Translations under genes and position numbers: made by a program
The notes under the pieces: generated by a model
The model's input: only the letters and a program-made list of their open reading frames with translations
What the model was told of the DNA's origin: nothing
Databases searched by the model: none
Source of the DNA: Escherichia coli
Lineage (GTDB): Bacteria > Pseudomonadota > Gammaproteobacteria > Enterobacterales > Enterobacteriaceae
DNA length: 64,000 bases
Direction: 5' to 3' (one strand)
Assembly: GCA_002099625.1 (NCBI GenBank)
Contig: GCA_002099625.1_4857.1
In this document: in pieces, positions 38,690 to 48,249 of the stretch
Numbering within the stretch: position 1 is the first letter of the stretch
Layout of the letters: the number at the start of each line of letters is the position of its first letter

Positions 38690-40057
38690 TTAACGTAAAT
38701 TAGCTGATGAGAATGGTAGGTTGCCTAAACTGCTGCTACTTCCGCCACCTAAACCACCCAGACCACCTAACACGTCACTACTCCCTCCTAAGAGGTTGGT
38801 GCTACCGCCGCCCAACTGCGTGCTACCCCCCAAGAGATTATTACTACTTCCCAGCAAACCAGAACCCAGACCACTTTCTTTCGTCACCGCATTACCACGC
38901 AGCGCCTCACCGAGAGACAGTTCTTTAATTGTCCCTTTCGGTAAATGGCCGTTGTTCTCACGCAGCGCTTCCTGAATCTTCGGTGCTAACGCATTGAAGC
39001 TATTAGCTGAAGACGCCTGTTGCGCTTTCTTCGCACGGAAATAGTTTACCGGATCGTTGAGATCAAGATTTTCCTGCGGAGCTTGTTGAGAAGCTAAAGC
39101 AACGACCGGCTTTGTGCCGGCAGGTGTACGCCCGATACGGAAATCCGTTGCGGTGGTGTCTGTTGCCTGATCGGTGCGTGGGCCGGTATTATACGGCAGA
39201 GTTTGGATAACGTTATCATAAACGCTCATGTTATCCAGTTGGCCAATCCATTCTTCTTCTAACGGACGCAGTGGAGTGTGGTCACGCAGACCACGAACCA
39301 CTTGATTGTAGTTGGTCACGTATTGTGCCCAACCGCGTGCCAAAGAACCGAAGTACGGACGCGGATCGTTAGAACCCGTAACCGAAGGATACCAACCAAA
39401 CACTGCAGTGAGCAGGTTAAAGATAATGACCTTATCCTGCTTACGCTGGAGCTTGGCACCGAAGAATGTTGCCGTACCATCCAGCGACTCTTCTTCAAAC
39501 ATGTGTTTGTAGTTCGCCACACGGATATATTTGATACCTTCAATGGTCATATCGCTGGAGATGAAGATACTGGTGATCTTTGTCTTTTTATCTTCTTCCA
39601 GCAACCCGTAAACGTAGTTCTTCACTGCGTGCCAGCTCTGAACCAGTTTCTTATCCATCGTTGGATCTTTCAGGTCAGCACAAACCACATCGCTTAAAAA
39701 CTTCTTGTACGCTGCCAGACGGATATTTTTTCCTTCGGCTGCTGTTTCCAAAATCGCATCGATTAACTCGAAGCTTTTCAGGAAGAGGTTCGCGTTGATG
39801 GCTTTCTTCAGGAAACGAATCGTTCCAGATTCGCCAGCCAGTACCGATTCACACAGTGGGTGGAACGCATGACATTCACTACCTTCGTCATCTTCCAACC
39901 CACGCTTAATCATCGCTGCAGTTGGAAGCACCAAGCGGCGCTTCACTTTGTTGTAGGTGAACATTGCCGGATGACCATCATCGATAGTCAGCATGTCACC
40001 TTCGAATCCGTATCCGAGCGAGGTCAGAAACGAACGGTAGAATTCAATCAATTTCAT
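38690..40057 (-). CDS. hypothetical protein with Gly/Leu/Ser-rich low-complexity C-terminal tail
   Basis: 455 aa; C-terminal ~60 aa GLGSGLLGSSNNLLGGSTQLGGGSTNLLGGSSDVLGGLGGLGGGSSSSLGNL. Confidence 0.65.
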   Translation of the reverse strand: MKLIEFYRSFLTSLGYGFEGDMLTIDDGHPAMFTYNKVKRRLVLPTAAMIKRGLEDDEGSECHAFHPLCESVLAGESGTIRFLKKAINANLFLKSFELIDAILETAAEGKNIRLAAYKKFLSDVVCADLKDPTMDKKLVQSWHAVKNYVYGLLEEDKKTKITSIFISSDMTIEGIKYIRVANYKHMFEEESLDGTATFFGAKLQRKQDKVIIFNLLTAVFGWYPSVTGSNDPRPYFGSLARGWAQYVTNYNQVVRGLRDHTPLRPLEEEWIGQLDNMSVYDNVIQTLPYNTGPRTDQATDTTATDFRIGRTPAGTKPVVALASQQAPQENLDLNDPVNYFRAKKAQQASSANSFNALAPKIQEALRENNGHLPKGTIKELSLGEALRGNAVTKESGLGSGLLGSSNNLLGGSTQLGGGSTNLLGGSSDVLGGLGGLGGGSSSSLGNLPFSSANLR

Positions 40058-40069
40058 GGTTAATAATCC

Positions 40070-41770
40070 TTAATCAATGAGACCGTTGCCGAGTCCGTTT
40101 CCGCCTATACCGCCTAAGCCACCACCCAGGTCAAGACCTCCAAGAGGATCTAAGCCACCTGTGTTAGTTGGAATGTTAGATAGCATTCGACCCCGGCCTT
40201 GGCCTTTCTCGAATTCTGTATAACCTTCTTCCACGGCTTTCAACAGCGTTGCGGTGTTCTGTGCCAGCTCACCAACGTATTTGAGATCGGTGGTGTTGCC
40301 GGTATGGAGACGGAATTGCATAAACGACGCGTAGGTGTAATATTCCAGCGGTTCGTCGTCGACACGGATTTCAATACGAGTAACGGTCCCCAACAATGCG
40401 GTGACCAGCATGTGGCAGCGAATATGGTTATGTTTAGTAACCTGAACCATCGCTTCTTTCATGTTCTGCAAGAAACGACGACCTAATGCAGCAGGTAACT
40501 GATGGTGCGTGATGCTGCTGACTGAGTTAGGAATAACTTCCAACGTAGGCTCTATCATGATATCTGTGTTGCGGTTATCAAAGACAAAGCTCACTTCACC
40601 AATCAGGTTACGTGACATAATCGGCCCGATAGACATAGCCAGATCATACGCAACTAGACTACCCTGCGTGGAGAAGCCATTACGTCCAATCCAGTGGTCG
40701 GTTTGGTTAACCAGCCCTGCACCCAACCCACGGCGACTTGCCAGCGCCAGCGATTCACGGATACATTCATCCAACCGCATTGGGTTGACAATCGCATTAC
40801 GCAAATCAGCCAAACGGAACGTCGCCTTACTGGTTGCTTTCCAACCGCCAGATACATCAGACATCCCGTTCTGGAGTGCTTGACGCATCGCAGCAATCAG
40901 TTCGTGGTTGCTGTAGTTACGGATAACACCACGCTGCTTCAATTCAGATTCAACGCCGATGGAGTTATTACCTGCAAAGAAGCTTTCCACGCTACCGAGT
41001 TCGGTATCTACCCCAGAGCTTGCCAGATACGCATTACTGATGGCAGATACGTAGTTTTCTGGACGCTGGAGTTGGGATACCATCAACTGTGGTGCAGAGC
41101 TACTGGTTGCGGATAGCACAGAGTCGCTCGTTGGGACGAACTTCTCACCGCTATTCATTTCAATACGTTTTACCATGTCCGCTGCTTTCGCGATCGAAAT
41201 GATATCTACCGTACTTTCTGTTTGACCTTCAACAGACAGCGCTTTCGATAAAACGTAGTTATCCAGTAGACGGAATGAGTCTGGGTTCAATGTTTTGCCG
41301 CCCAGGGCATCGTGTGTATACGTTGCCTGTAAGCCGTAGATGTCGTTAATGTACAACACCATATCGTCCGGCAGCAGGCTACCCAGGCTGGTTTCTGCCT
41401 GACTGGTATAACCGGATACGATGTATTGCGTTTCCTGAGTGCGTGTTGCATTCAGAGGTTTAGCAATAAACACCGCCACGAAGTTAAAGATACCGGTATC
41501 ACGTGATTCCCATTGGAACTGTACAGGACGATTGTCATCATCGGACACGTTGATGAATGGACGCTCAAAACCATTCTGGGTGCCATCGAAGCCCACGATG
41601 GCAGATAATGCTTCTTGATACTGCTGTGTTCCCACAGCTTTTTCCCCGCCCAGTTCAACCGCTGCTGCTAAGTCATCCAGTGCACCCGTCGATGCGTTAA
41701 AGCCGATGCGGCGACGAACTTGCTCTGGAACATCGTAGACCGGATACATCAGTAGATTTACAAGCTGCAT
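40070..41770 (-). CDS. hypothetical protein with Gly-rich C-terminal tail
   Basis: 566 aa; C-terminus NTGGLDPLGGLDLGGGLGGIGGNGLGNGLID. Confidence 0.65.
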   Translation of the reverse strand: MQLVNLLMYPVYDVPEQVRRRIGFNASTGALDDLAAAVELGGEKAVGTQQYQEALSAIVGFDGTQNGFERPFINVSDDDNRPVQFQWESRDTGIFNFVAVFIAKPLNATRTQETQYIVSGYTSQAETSLGSLLPDDMVLYINDIYGLQATYTHDALGGKTLNPDSFRLLDNYVLSKALSVEGQTESTVDIISIAKAADMVKRIEMNSGEKFVPTSDSVLSATSSSAPQLMVSQLQRPENYVSAISNAYLASSGVDTELGSVESFFAGNNSIGVESELKQRGVIRNYSNHELIAAMRQALQNGMSDVSGGWKATSKATFRLADLRNAIVNPMRLDECIRESLALASRRGLGAGLVNQTDHWIGRNGFSTQGSLVAYDLAMSIGPIMSRNLIGEVSFVFDNRNTDIMIEPTLEVIPNSVSSITHHQLPAALGRRFLQNMKEAMVQVTKHNHIRCHMLVTALLGTVTRIEIRVDDEPLEYYTYASFMQFRLHTGNTTDLKYVGELAQNTATLLKAVEEGYTEFEKGQGRGRMLSNIPTNTGGLDPLGGLDLGGGLGGIGGNGLGNGLID

Positions 41771-41782
41771 TTTAAATACTCC

Positions 41783-43417
41783 TTAAGAATTAAACCATTC
41801 AACTTCTTCTAACTTGCGACGTGCATTCAACACCATAAACTCCGCCAGGCTATTGTGCAGTGACAAGTGAGGTATATAGTTTGGCTGATCCGTCTCACAC
41901 TTCAGCAGCGCAGCTGCTTCTGGTGTAGCCCTGAGATGGAACAGATACGGGTTGATGTGATCCTTGTGTAACAAGGTCAGTGATTCCCGTGGTGTAGATT
42001 GCGGTTCGAGATTACGCGGGTTGCGATACTCCTGAAGATAATATCTATCTAAATCTGCTTTGAGTTCAGATCGAATTGGGTCGGCTGCATAACCGGCAGA
42101 CATCTCAGAACGCACCATATTGCAACTTAACAGTTGCGCAACGTCATACATTCCATAATTGAGATAAGTTGCCTGTGCCAACGCCATACCGTAGCGAAAC
42201 GCTTCTGGCCCACATTCAGTATACGTCTTATAATGCGCGCTACGATGGAGTGCTAATGCGACTAACCATTCGTGCAACGTATAGACAGGACCGTCATGTG
42301 TTGCCAGTTGCGAATCAATCAATAACTTAACATCTGCTGGAGCGGCATTATCCAGACGCATTGTTTTCAAGAAAGAGCGGTATTCTTTAAATACGTACTC
42401 GGTACGGACGTATTCTTTCATCTGTGCAGGAGAACGTGCCTGCACCAAATCCATGGCGTTTATCTTACCCTTTTCGCCATTGAATACCACACTTTCCGGA
42501 TGCGCTTTTAACAGCACCGGCTGGTTAGAGATTTTGTTTGCAAAACCTGTTTCAATCTCTTGTTTAACCAGAAAATACATGCCGGTGACGATATTGTTGT
42601 TAACCATGATTTCAACCGGTAATTCACCACCGACTTCACGGACAGCCAACAATTTAATAATAGCATACGCCAGGATATAATCTTCCATCATATCCGTGCC
42701 ATAGCCCCGCACCGTAGCCAGTACCGACAAACTGGTGCTGTTCGTACCTTTGTTTGCCAGTTCTTTTTCTACCTTTTCCATCACTGTCTGTAGGAACCCA
42801 CGCAGTTTCGGAATAGCAGGTAAAGACATGACTTCCGTGTCTTGAAGCATCTCCAGACAGTATGTCAGATTGTACACCATTTTCCGGTGTGTTTCGATTG
42901 GCAAGTTCTTACCTATCGGGAACGTCCCCATGGTGAGGAACACCGGAATATACGGTTTAATCATCAGAACCAGTATCAACAACTCGTAATAGTCCGGACG
43001 AATGTACGTCATCGCTTCCGGATAATTACTGTTCATTTCATCGTGCGTATCTTCCATGTTCTGCGGAATCCACAGCTTATCGATGGGATACAGCTTACGA
43101 TACACTTCGGCCTTGTGGAACTTCGCAATCGTCTGCACAATCTTCGGCATGTGCTTACGCTGCGTTTCCGTCGATTCGTTTGCCAGCTCGTCCAGCATCA
43201 GATACGCCATGAACAGTTCATCTTGTTCGTCTGGCGTTAAATAATCCCACACGCGTTGTAATTCCATGAAGAGAATGTTGTCGCGTGCAATCTGTTTACC
43301 TTTAACAGTGATGTAGTCGGGTGCGTTGTTATCCTTCCGATAACGTAAGCCAATAAATGTGACCTCTTGACCGTGATGCTCGATTGTCATCCGGTCTTTA
43401 ATCTTCGTAATTTTCAT
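41783..43417 (-). CDS. hypothetical protein
   Basis: 544-aa ORF, first gene downstream of a promoter-like element. Confidence 0.65.
   Translation of the reverse strand: MKITKIKDRMTIEHHGQEVTFIGLRYRKDNNAPDYITVKGKQIARDNILFMELQRVWDYLTPDEQDELFMAYLMLDELANESTETQRKHMPKIVQTIAKFHKAEVYRKLYPIDKLWIPQNMEDTHDEMNSNYPEAMTYIRPDYYELLILVLMIKPYIPVFLTMGTFPIGKNLPIETHRKMVYNLTYCLEMLQDTEVMSLPAIPKLRGFLQTVMEKVEKELANKGTNSTSLSVLATVRGYGTDMMEDYILAYAIIKLLAVREVGGELPVEIMVNNNIVTGMYFLVKQEIETGFANKISNQPVLLKAHPESVVFNGEKGKINAMDLVQARSPAQMKEYVRTEYVFKEYRSFLKTMRLDNAAPADVKLLIDSQLATHDGPVYTLHEWLVALALHRSAHYKTYTECGPEAFRYGMALAQATYLNYGMYDVAQLLSCNMVRSEMSAGYAADPIRSELKADLDRYYLQEYRNPRNLEPQSTPRESLTLLHKDHINPYLFHLRATPEAAALLKCETDQPNYIPHLSLHNSLAEFMVLNARRKLEEVEWFNS
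42035..42049 (-). promoter_or_regulatory. intragenic copy of the conserved promoter-like element
   Basis: AGATAATATCTATCT inside the coding region of gene 41783-43417. Confidence 0.3.
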
Positions 43418-43451
43418 TATAGTTGAACTCCGCGAATAGTCGATTGCACTG

Positions 43452-43466
43452 AGATAATATCTATCT
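43452..43466 (-). promoter_or_regulatory. conserved promoter-like element (short form)
   Basis: AGATAATATCTATCT ~35 nt upstream of the minus-strand start at 43417. Confidence 0.5.
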
Positions 43467-43511
43467 CAATCTTCTTACAGTGTGTGTTGCAGGACCACGC
43501 ATAAGCGTTAA

Positions 43512-43550
43512 TAGCCCAAGGTTTCCCTTGGGCGTATTTTTTATTTTGTT
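43512..43550. terminator. intrinsic terminator after the SSB-like gene
   Basis: hairpin GCCCAAGG-TTTC-CCTTGGGC; strong T-tract on the plus side, A-rich on the other. Confidence 0.5.
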
Positions 43551-43552
43551 TC

Positions 43553-44206
43553 TTAGAGGAATTCGTCGTAAGAATCAGTGGTTGCTGGAGGTGCAGATTG
43601 TTGCTGTTGATAACCGCCGCTACGCTGACCGCCACCCTGGCCACCGCCGTATCCGCCACGACCGAAGCTACCACCACCTTGCTGGAATTCACGCGGCTTA
43701 TATTTCTCTTCCAGGTTCTGTAAGAACTTCTCGAAGTTAGTGATAAACGCACGTGCACAGCGCTCAGCAAGTTCTAAATCAGAAACCTGCTGGCCGTCGC
43801 GGAAAATACGGAAACCTTTCGGGTAGGAGAAGTAGAACTTCTTCTGGCGGGCACCAACGCCCTGGATTTCACCGGCAATAGCGATGAACGGTACCAGGTT
43901 GTCTTCACGGCCAACAATCAGACTAACGGGCGGTTTGTTGCCGTTTTCGTTAGTAAACTTCAGCATACTCTTTTCGCTCTTACGCAGACAATCCTGCAGA
44001 GCTTCGATAATGGTACGGCAAACCGTAATCGGCGCAGAGAAATAGAGACCTTCGCCCTTACCAAAGGAGTAGCTAAACTTCATAGTTTCAACATCACCGT
44101 TGAAATCATTCGGTTCGATGTTGAGTTTACGCGTACGGTTTTGCTGATCCGGTTCGGTCTGCGGGTAAAGCCATTTGTCTTTGAAAATTTCTTGGTTAAT
44201 CATCAT
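43553..44206 (-). CDS. putative single-stranded DNA-binding protein
   Basis: track ORF 43553-44245, probable start at internal MMINQ with AAAGGA SD; C-terminal tail GGGSFGRGGYGGGQGGGQRSGGYQQQQSAPPATTDSYDEFL (Gly/Gln-rich with acidic tip, as in SSB proteins); OB-fold not verified. Confidence 0.35.
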   Translation of the reverse strand: MMINQEIFKDKWLYPQTEPDQQNRTRKLNIEPNDFNGDVETMKFSYSFGKGEGLYFSAPITVCRTIIEALQDCLRKSEKSMLKFTNENGNKPPVSLIVGREDNLVPFIAIAGEIQGVGARQKKFYFSYPKGFRIFRDGQQVSDLELAERCARAFITNFEKFLQNLEEKYKPREFQQGGGSFGRGGYGGGQGGGQRSGGYQQQQSAPPATTDSYDEFL

Positions 44207-44271
44207 TTCATCCTTTTCGGAAAAGCAGTCTAGTGGTTCACACATGATGTCCCACTAACGTAAATTTTAAC

Positions 44272-45108
44272 TTACTTCATAAGCCTGCGGAGCAGTTCAA
44301 TTACAAATGGCTCATTCACCAGTTTTAGACAGTTATAAATACGGTCCATTGTGGTATCCTGTTTCCAGCTGTACTTCTCTGCGGTTTTTAACACCACCCC
44401 ACGCGTTTTGCGATCGAGGGGTGAAAACATTATCCCGTCGCCAAACAACGTCAGGAACGCTTTGTTAAACGGAATATGTTGGGGTTTCCCGTTAAGTTTG
44501 GTGTACCACTCCAGTTGCGTTTTCACTTTACCGGTGTGTGATTCCAACAAACCCAGTTTAGGGAAATCTTTACGTGCCAGGAGATCAGCTGGCATGTGGG
44601 TCAGTAACAGTGTGTCGCGGCTACCCTCTGGGAAAACATCGAATTGACGGAAGTCATTTTCGTGTTTCTCACCGTACATTTTTAAGGTGTCGTGTTCCAG
44701 TGCATTATAGTGCAGCTGGTTTGGCGTCATCTTATCCTGCCCGCCTGCGATGTTTTTGAACGAGGCTTCGGGAAACACTTTGTTAGCGCTACGATAGCTA
44801 CAAAGGTACGGAACGCATAACACCGAAGGGGCTACCGCTCTCGCGGTAGCCGTAAGATTATTAATATCTTCTTCAATCGATGTTAGCATCACGTCGGGTG
44901 TTAACCGTTCTCTATTCTCTTCAAACGCATAGAAGGCGTTACGGAACAATGTCCGGAGATTCAGGTATATTTCCTGATAGGAATGGATAGGCAATTCGCC
45001 TTTCCAGTCGGCGTATTCGCCGGTATGCAGCAGACCTTCAAACGCCAGCGAACTGGCGATTGACACTGAATAGAACCCGAAAGTGCGATCAACACTGATT
45101 GGATTCAT
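44272..45108 (-). CDS. hypothetical protein
   Basis: 278-aa ORF; ATGA overlap with the upstream gene. Confidence 0.6.
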   Translation of the reverse strand: MNPISVDRTFGFYSVSIASSLAFEGLLHTGEYADWKGELPIHSYQEIYLNLRTLFRNAFYAFEENRERLTPDVMLTSIEEDINNLTATARAVAPSVLCVPYLCSYRSANKVFPEASFKNIAGGQDKMTPNQLHYNALEHDTLKMYGEKHENDFRQFDVFPEGSRDTLLLTHMPADLLARKDFPKLGLLESHTGKVKTQLEWYTKLNGKPQHIPFNKAFLTLFGDGIMFSPLDRKTRGVVLKTAEKYSWKQDTTMDRIYNCLKLVNEPFVIELLRRLMK

Positions 45109-46256
45109 TCTATTTTCCTAATGATTGCAGTAACAACATCAGGGTCGTACTTCACTGATGTTAGCTCTTCGAGAACCAACCGTTCGAAGTTCTCAGGAGT
45201 AGGTTTTTCGTACACTGGGGCTTCGTTCGAAAAACTCTTCACTAACAACTCCTCTTCTTCAGAGGAGCGCACACGCTCTCCAGAAATGTGGAACGTGTAT
45301 TCTTTTTTCCACCGACTGACGTATTCGGCCATCGGTGAACCTGCGTAATACTCGACCTCAAATCGCCCAATAGCGGACGAGGGATGATTGTCGATGTATT
45401 CTAATGCAGAAAGACAAGCTGCTAACTGCGCATCAAAGTCTTCCTGTGCCCGAATCTTTTTCTGCGGGCACGCGCGTGGGTTAACCAGGAAATAATCCCT
45501 GGCAACCGTATCGGTGAAATCGACAAGAGCTACGCCTTTGTCCTCCTCTTCACCTTGAGATAGCCGCTCAGGACTACCTACAACTCTTATCTTGTCTAAT
45601 TCTTTAGGTCGATGGTCGTGCCCGATAAATATCAGGTGCTTGACTCTCGGCAACCAGAACTCCTCGTGGAAAGAACGAGGGGACTCGACAGGGAGTTGAA
45701 ACTGGAAGCAGCCGTGCATGAAGATAAAGTCTAACTTCTCCAGGCCTCGTGTCGCCATCAGTTCTGCCATTTCTGCCTCAGTGGCAGCGGCATTAATTTC
45801 ATCGACGCCAGCAGCTTTATATTCGTCCTGCACCCAACCTACCATCGCATCGAGAGCCGGATCGTAAAATATCCCGATTCCTGCCAAATACAAACAGTCT
45901 GCGCCTATACTGATGTTCAGCGACTCAACTATTTTGGACTGGCCATGGTCATGGGACGGTGTTCCCTCAACGATGCGAACGGCGGTATTAGTGGCCTTAG
46001 ACCACTGGAGCAACCACGTCAAGAAGCCCACAGCTTCTTGAGAATCTTCCTGGCGAAGATGTCGGGAATCATCAAATAAATCCCCTGCTATATAAAAGGC
46101 GTCAAGCGTATTTTCGCAGCTAATGAGTATCTCACGTATCACATCCACGATGTGCCATGTGGGCACACGTTTATGCAACAAATGGATATCGTTAGTGTTC
46201 AAAAGGCGCTTAACACCTTCTGGTTTCTTAGGAGGTTTAGTAATCTTCTCCATCAC
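45105..46256 (-). CDS. calcineurin-like metallophosphoesterase, Mre11/SbcD-like nuclease candidate
   Basis: 383 aa; phosphoesterase motifs in order: NTNDIHL (D.H), IAGDLFDD (GD..D), GTPSHDHG (GNHD-like), MHGCF, IGHDHRP (GH.H). Confidence 0.55.
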   Translation of the reverse strand: MMEKITKPPKKPEGVKRLLNTNDIHLLHKRVPTWHIVDVIREILISCENTLDAFYIAGDLFDDSRHLRQEDSQEAVGFLTWLLQWSKATNTAVRIVEGTPSHDHGQSKIVESLNISIGADCLYLAGIGIFYDPALDAMVGWVQDEYKAAGVDEINAAATEAEMAELMATRGLEKLDFIFMHGCFQFQLPVESPRSFHEEFWLPRVKHLIFIGHDHRPKELDKIRVVGSPERLSQGEEEDKGVALVDFTDTVARDYFLVNPRACPQKKIRAQEDFDAQLAACLSALEYIDNHPSSAIGRFEVEYYAGSPMAEYVSRWKKEYTFHISGERVRSSEEEELLVKSFSNEAPVYEKPTPENFERLVLEELTSVKYDPDVVTAIIRKIE

Positions 46257-46911
46257 CGATCCCTACGATTGGCTGCGTTTGAGCTGGGGCTTGCACCGAA
46301 GTCTCTGCAGCTGTCGCCGTGTTTTTACCGCCGGTAATTTTATCGACGTATTCAACCAACCCTTCCGGATATGGCAATTGACCACCCACACCGTAGCGTC
46401 GGAAAATCCAGTTCAGCAAGTCAATAATGTATTTCGCACGAACTGAATTTTCAGCCAGAGACATATTTTCGATCCCGGTTAAGGTGTAATCGATCATCTT
46501 GTACATCTGGGTTTCACCGACGGTTGCAATCACATCAACCTGACGACGGATGTACTCAGTCTCATCGGAGAGGGAAGGTTCGCCGTCAACGGTGATTAAC
46601 GAGCGGCCGGTGTTCAGCAGAGCAGGGATGGTAAATAGCAGTTTGCTGTTATCAGCATCGTCCACAATCTGTAGGGGTACAAATGGACTTCCTACGTAAG
46701 CCGTCCAGGTCTCTTCGTTAAAAGTACCATCAAGCATCCCGGACAGCAGTGGTAAGCCCTGTCGACGGAACTGTGCTTCGGTGAACACACTGCAAACGTT
46801 CTGGCTTTCCGCCAAATCGTTTTCAATCTCTTTGAGTTTGTTATACTCAAAGCGCATCTGCTCATTCATCTGACTTAACGGTACACCGTTAAATGTAGGT
46901 TCCTGGCTCAT
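46237..46911 (-). CDS. hypothetical protein
   Basis: 224-aa ORF. Confidence 0.6.
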   Translation of the reverse strand: MSQEPTFNGVPLSQMNEQMRFEYNKLKEIENDLAESQNVCSVFTEAQFRRQGLPLLSGMLDGTFNEETWTAYVGSPFVPLQIVDDADNSKLLFTIPALLNTGRSLITVDGEPSLSDETEYIRRQVDVIATVGETQMYKMIDYTLTGIENMSLAENSVRAKYIIDLLNWIFRRYGVGGQLPYPEGLVEYVDKITGGKNTATAAETSVQAPAQTQPIVGIGDGEDY

Positions 46912-47297
46912 TACATATCCTCAATCGCACTCGACTCGGTATCCACGTACCGCTCAACATCGTACCATTCACCGTCTACAACTTCTTGCACACGGACACT
47001 AATGAAGATGCGGTAACGCACATCTGAATCTTTTAAAAACTCCCAGCTGGTTTCAACTTCAACGCCAGCAGGAAATACGTTCCCGTAGAGGTTCTCCAAA
47101 TCCATTTTAATCTGGGCAACCATCCCGTCGGGATCTTGTGCAAACACAGCTTGCGTATACGCAAGTGATTTAATGTTCCCACGATAAACCACCGATTGGC
47201 TATAGCCAGACTCGGTGTAATGGTTCATCAACTCACGCGCCTTTTCCTGGGGTGTACGTGCCCAGCCACGTGTGGATAAGGTTCCTACCGCAATCAT
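46911..47297 (-). CDS. hypothetical protein
   Basis: track ORF 46911-47417 runs through a terminator hairpin; probable start at internal ATG (MIAVGTL...) with AGGAG SD at 5-nt spacing. Confidence 0.55.
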   Translation of the reverse strand: MIAVGTLSTRGWARTPQEKARELMNHYTESGYSQSVVYRGNIKSLAYTQAVFAQDPDGMVAQIKMDLENLYGNVFPAGVEVETSWEFLKDSDVRYRIFISVRVQEVVDGEWYDVERYVDTESSAIEDM

Positions 47298-47346
47298 GTT
47301 AGCTCCTGTCAAATTCAAGGTAGGATGCTGCATACAGCCCCCAGTG

Positions 47347-47383
47347 AAGAAAAAAAGAGGGGCCGAAGCCCCATCTTTTTTAA
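47347..47383. terminator. bidirectional intrinsic terminator
   Basis: hairpin GGGGC-CGAA-GCCCC flanked by AAAAAAAG and ATCTTTTTT. Confidence 0.6.
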
Positions 47384-47961
47384 CACGTCGCGCCAAGTTC
47401 CGAACAGGGATCACCATCTTCCCAGTCGAAAGCTGACATGCGTGCCCAGTTAAGTTGAATATCCACTTTATCGATTCGACTCAGTCGTACTGCACGATCT
47501 TCATTGGTAGCCCATTGCCAAATCTTATCTTCATCGTACTTCGTCGAAATGCCCGATGTTGCTTCGCGGAAGTGGTCATCGGTACGCATATACGCATTGC
47601 CTTTGAACACATCCAACCGAGAAAAGCCGTTCTCATAACCAGTCGCCATACCGTCATTATACAACTTACGATATTCCGGCATGGCAACGAGGAATGGCTG
47701 TAAAGCAGCATTGGCGAACTGGAATTCACCCAACTCTTCGATCTGTCTTACCATCTCTACCGCATCGCTATAACGTAATTTACGTGCGGTACTGAATGTT
47801 TCACGGAAACGCTCCAGTGAGATTAAGTCCTGACAATGTTCTTTTACACGGTCAACGAGATCGGGTGCCAGGCTAGACAGCGAAAACGATTCTTTGAATA
47901 CGCTGAGTGCCCCGCTACCTTCGGTCTGTTTCGTCCACACCGTGCTACCTTGTAGCCACAT
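47380..47961 (-). CDS. hypothetical protein
   Basis: 193-aa ORF with AGGAG SD 8 nt upstream; begins right after the stop of the beta'-N exon 2. Confidence 0.6.
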   Translation of the reverse strand: MWLQGSTVWTKQTEGSGALSVFKESFSLSSLAPDLVDRVKEHCQDLISLERFRETFSTARKLRYSDAVEMVRQIEELGEFQFANAALQPFLVAMPEYRKLYNDGMATGYENGFSRLDVFKGNAYMRTDDHFREATSGISTKYDEDKIWQWATNEDRAVRLSRIDKVDIQLNWARMSAFDWEDGDPCSELGATC

Positions 47962-47974
47962 TACAATACTCCTA

Positions 47975-48247
47975 TTAGCCCATCACCGCTTCCAACGGAA
48001 TGCCTTCTTCATCATCCTCATCTGCTTCAATAAGGAACTGGTTCTGCATACTGATTAGCTCGTTATGTAAAACCATGCCGTGTTCTACGCGGTCCACATC
48101 AGTAGAAGACATAAAGCCGTTATCTGGACGGAATTGGAGCGCCAACTTCATCTCAGTTTCATCGACTGGCAAACGTACCTGGAACTGGTCGCCATCAAAA
48201 TCCTGTTTGTCCACTCCAATCCTTTTGGAGCAGGTGTGTAGTAACAC
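47975..48247 (-). CDS. RNA polymerase beta'-N, exon 2 (carries the catalytic DFDGD motif)
   Basis: translation ...LLHTCSKRIGVDKQDFDGDQFQVRLPVDE... matches bacterial beta' ...[24 protein letters not shown]; track start is GTG with no properly spaced SD, consistent with a spliced exon. Confidence 0.65.
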   Translation of the reverse strand: MLLHTCSKRIGVDKQDFDGDQFQVRLPVDETEMKLALQFRPDNGFMSSTDVDRVEHGMVLHNELISMQNQFLIEADEDDEEGIPLEAVMG

Positions 48248-48249
48248 CC

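Noticed and set aside
40070-41770. Possible tubulin or PhuZ-like protein
   Set aside because: No GGGTG[ST]G tubulin signature in this or any other ORF in the window; the Gly-rich tail is not the tubulin nucleotide-binding loop.
43452-43550. Possible small plus-strand RNA from the promoter-like element to a T-tract hairpin
   Set aside because: The motif orientation matches every other copy, all of which serve minus-strand genes, and the hairpin is better explained as the terminator of the minus-strand SSB-like gene.
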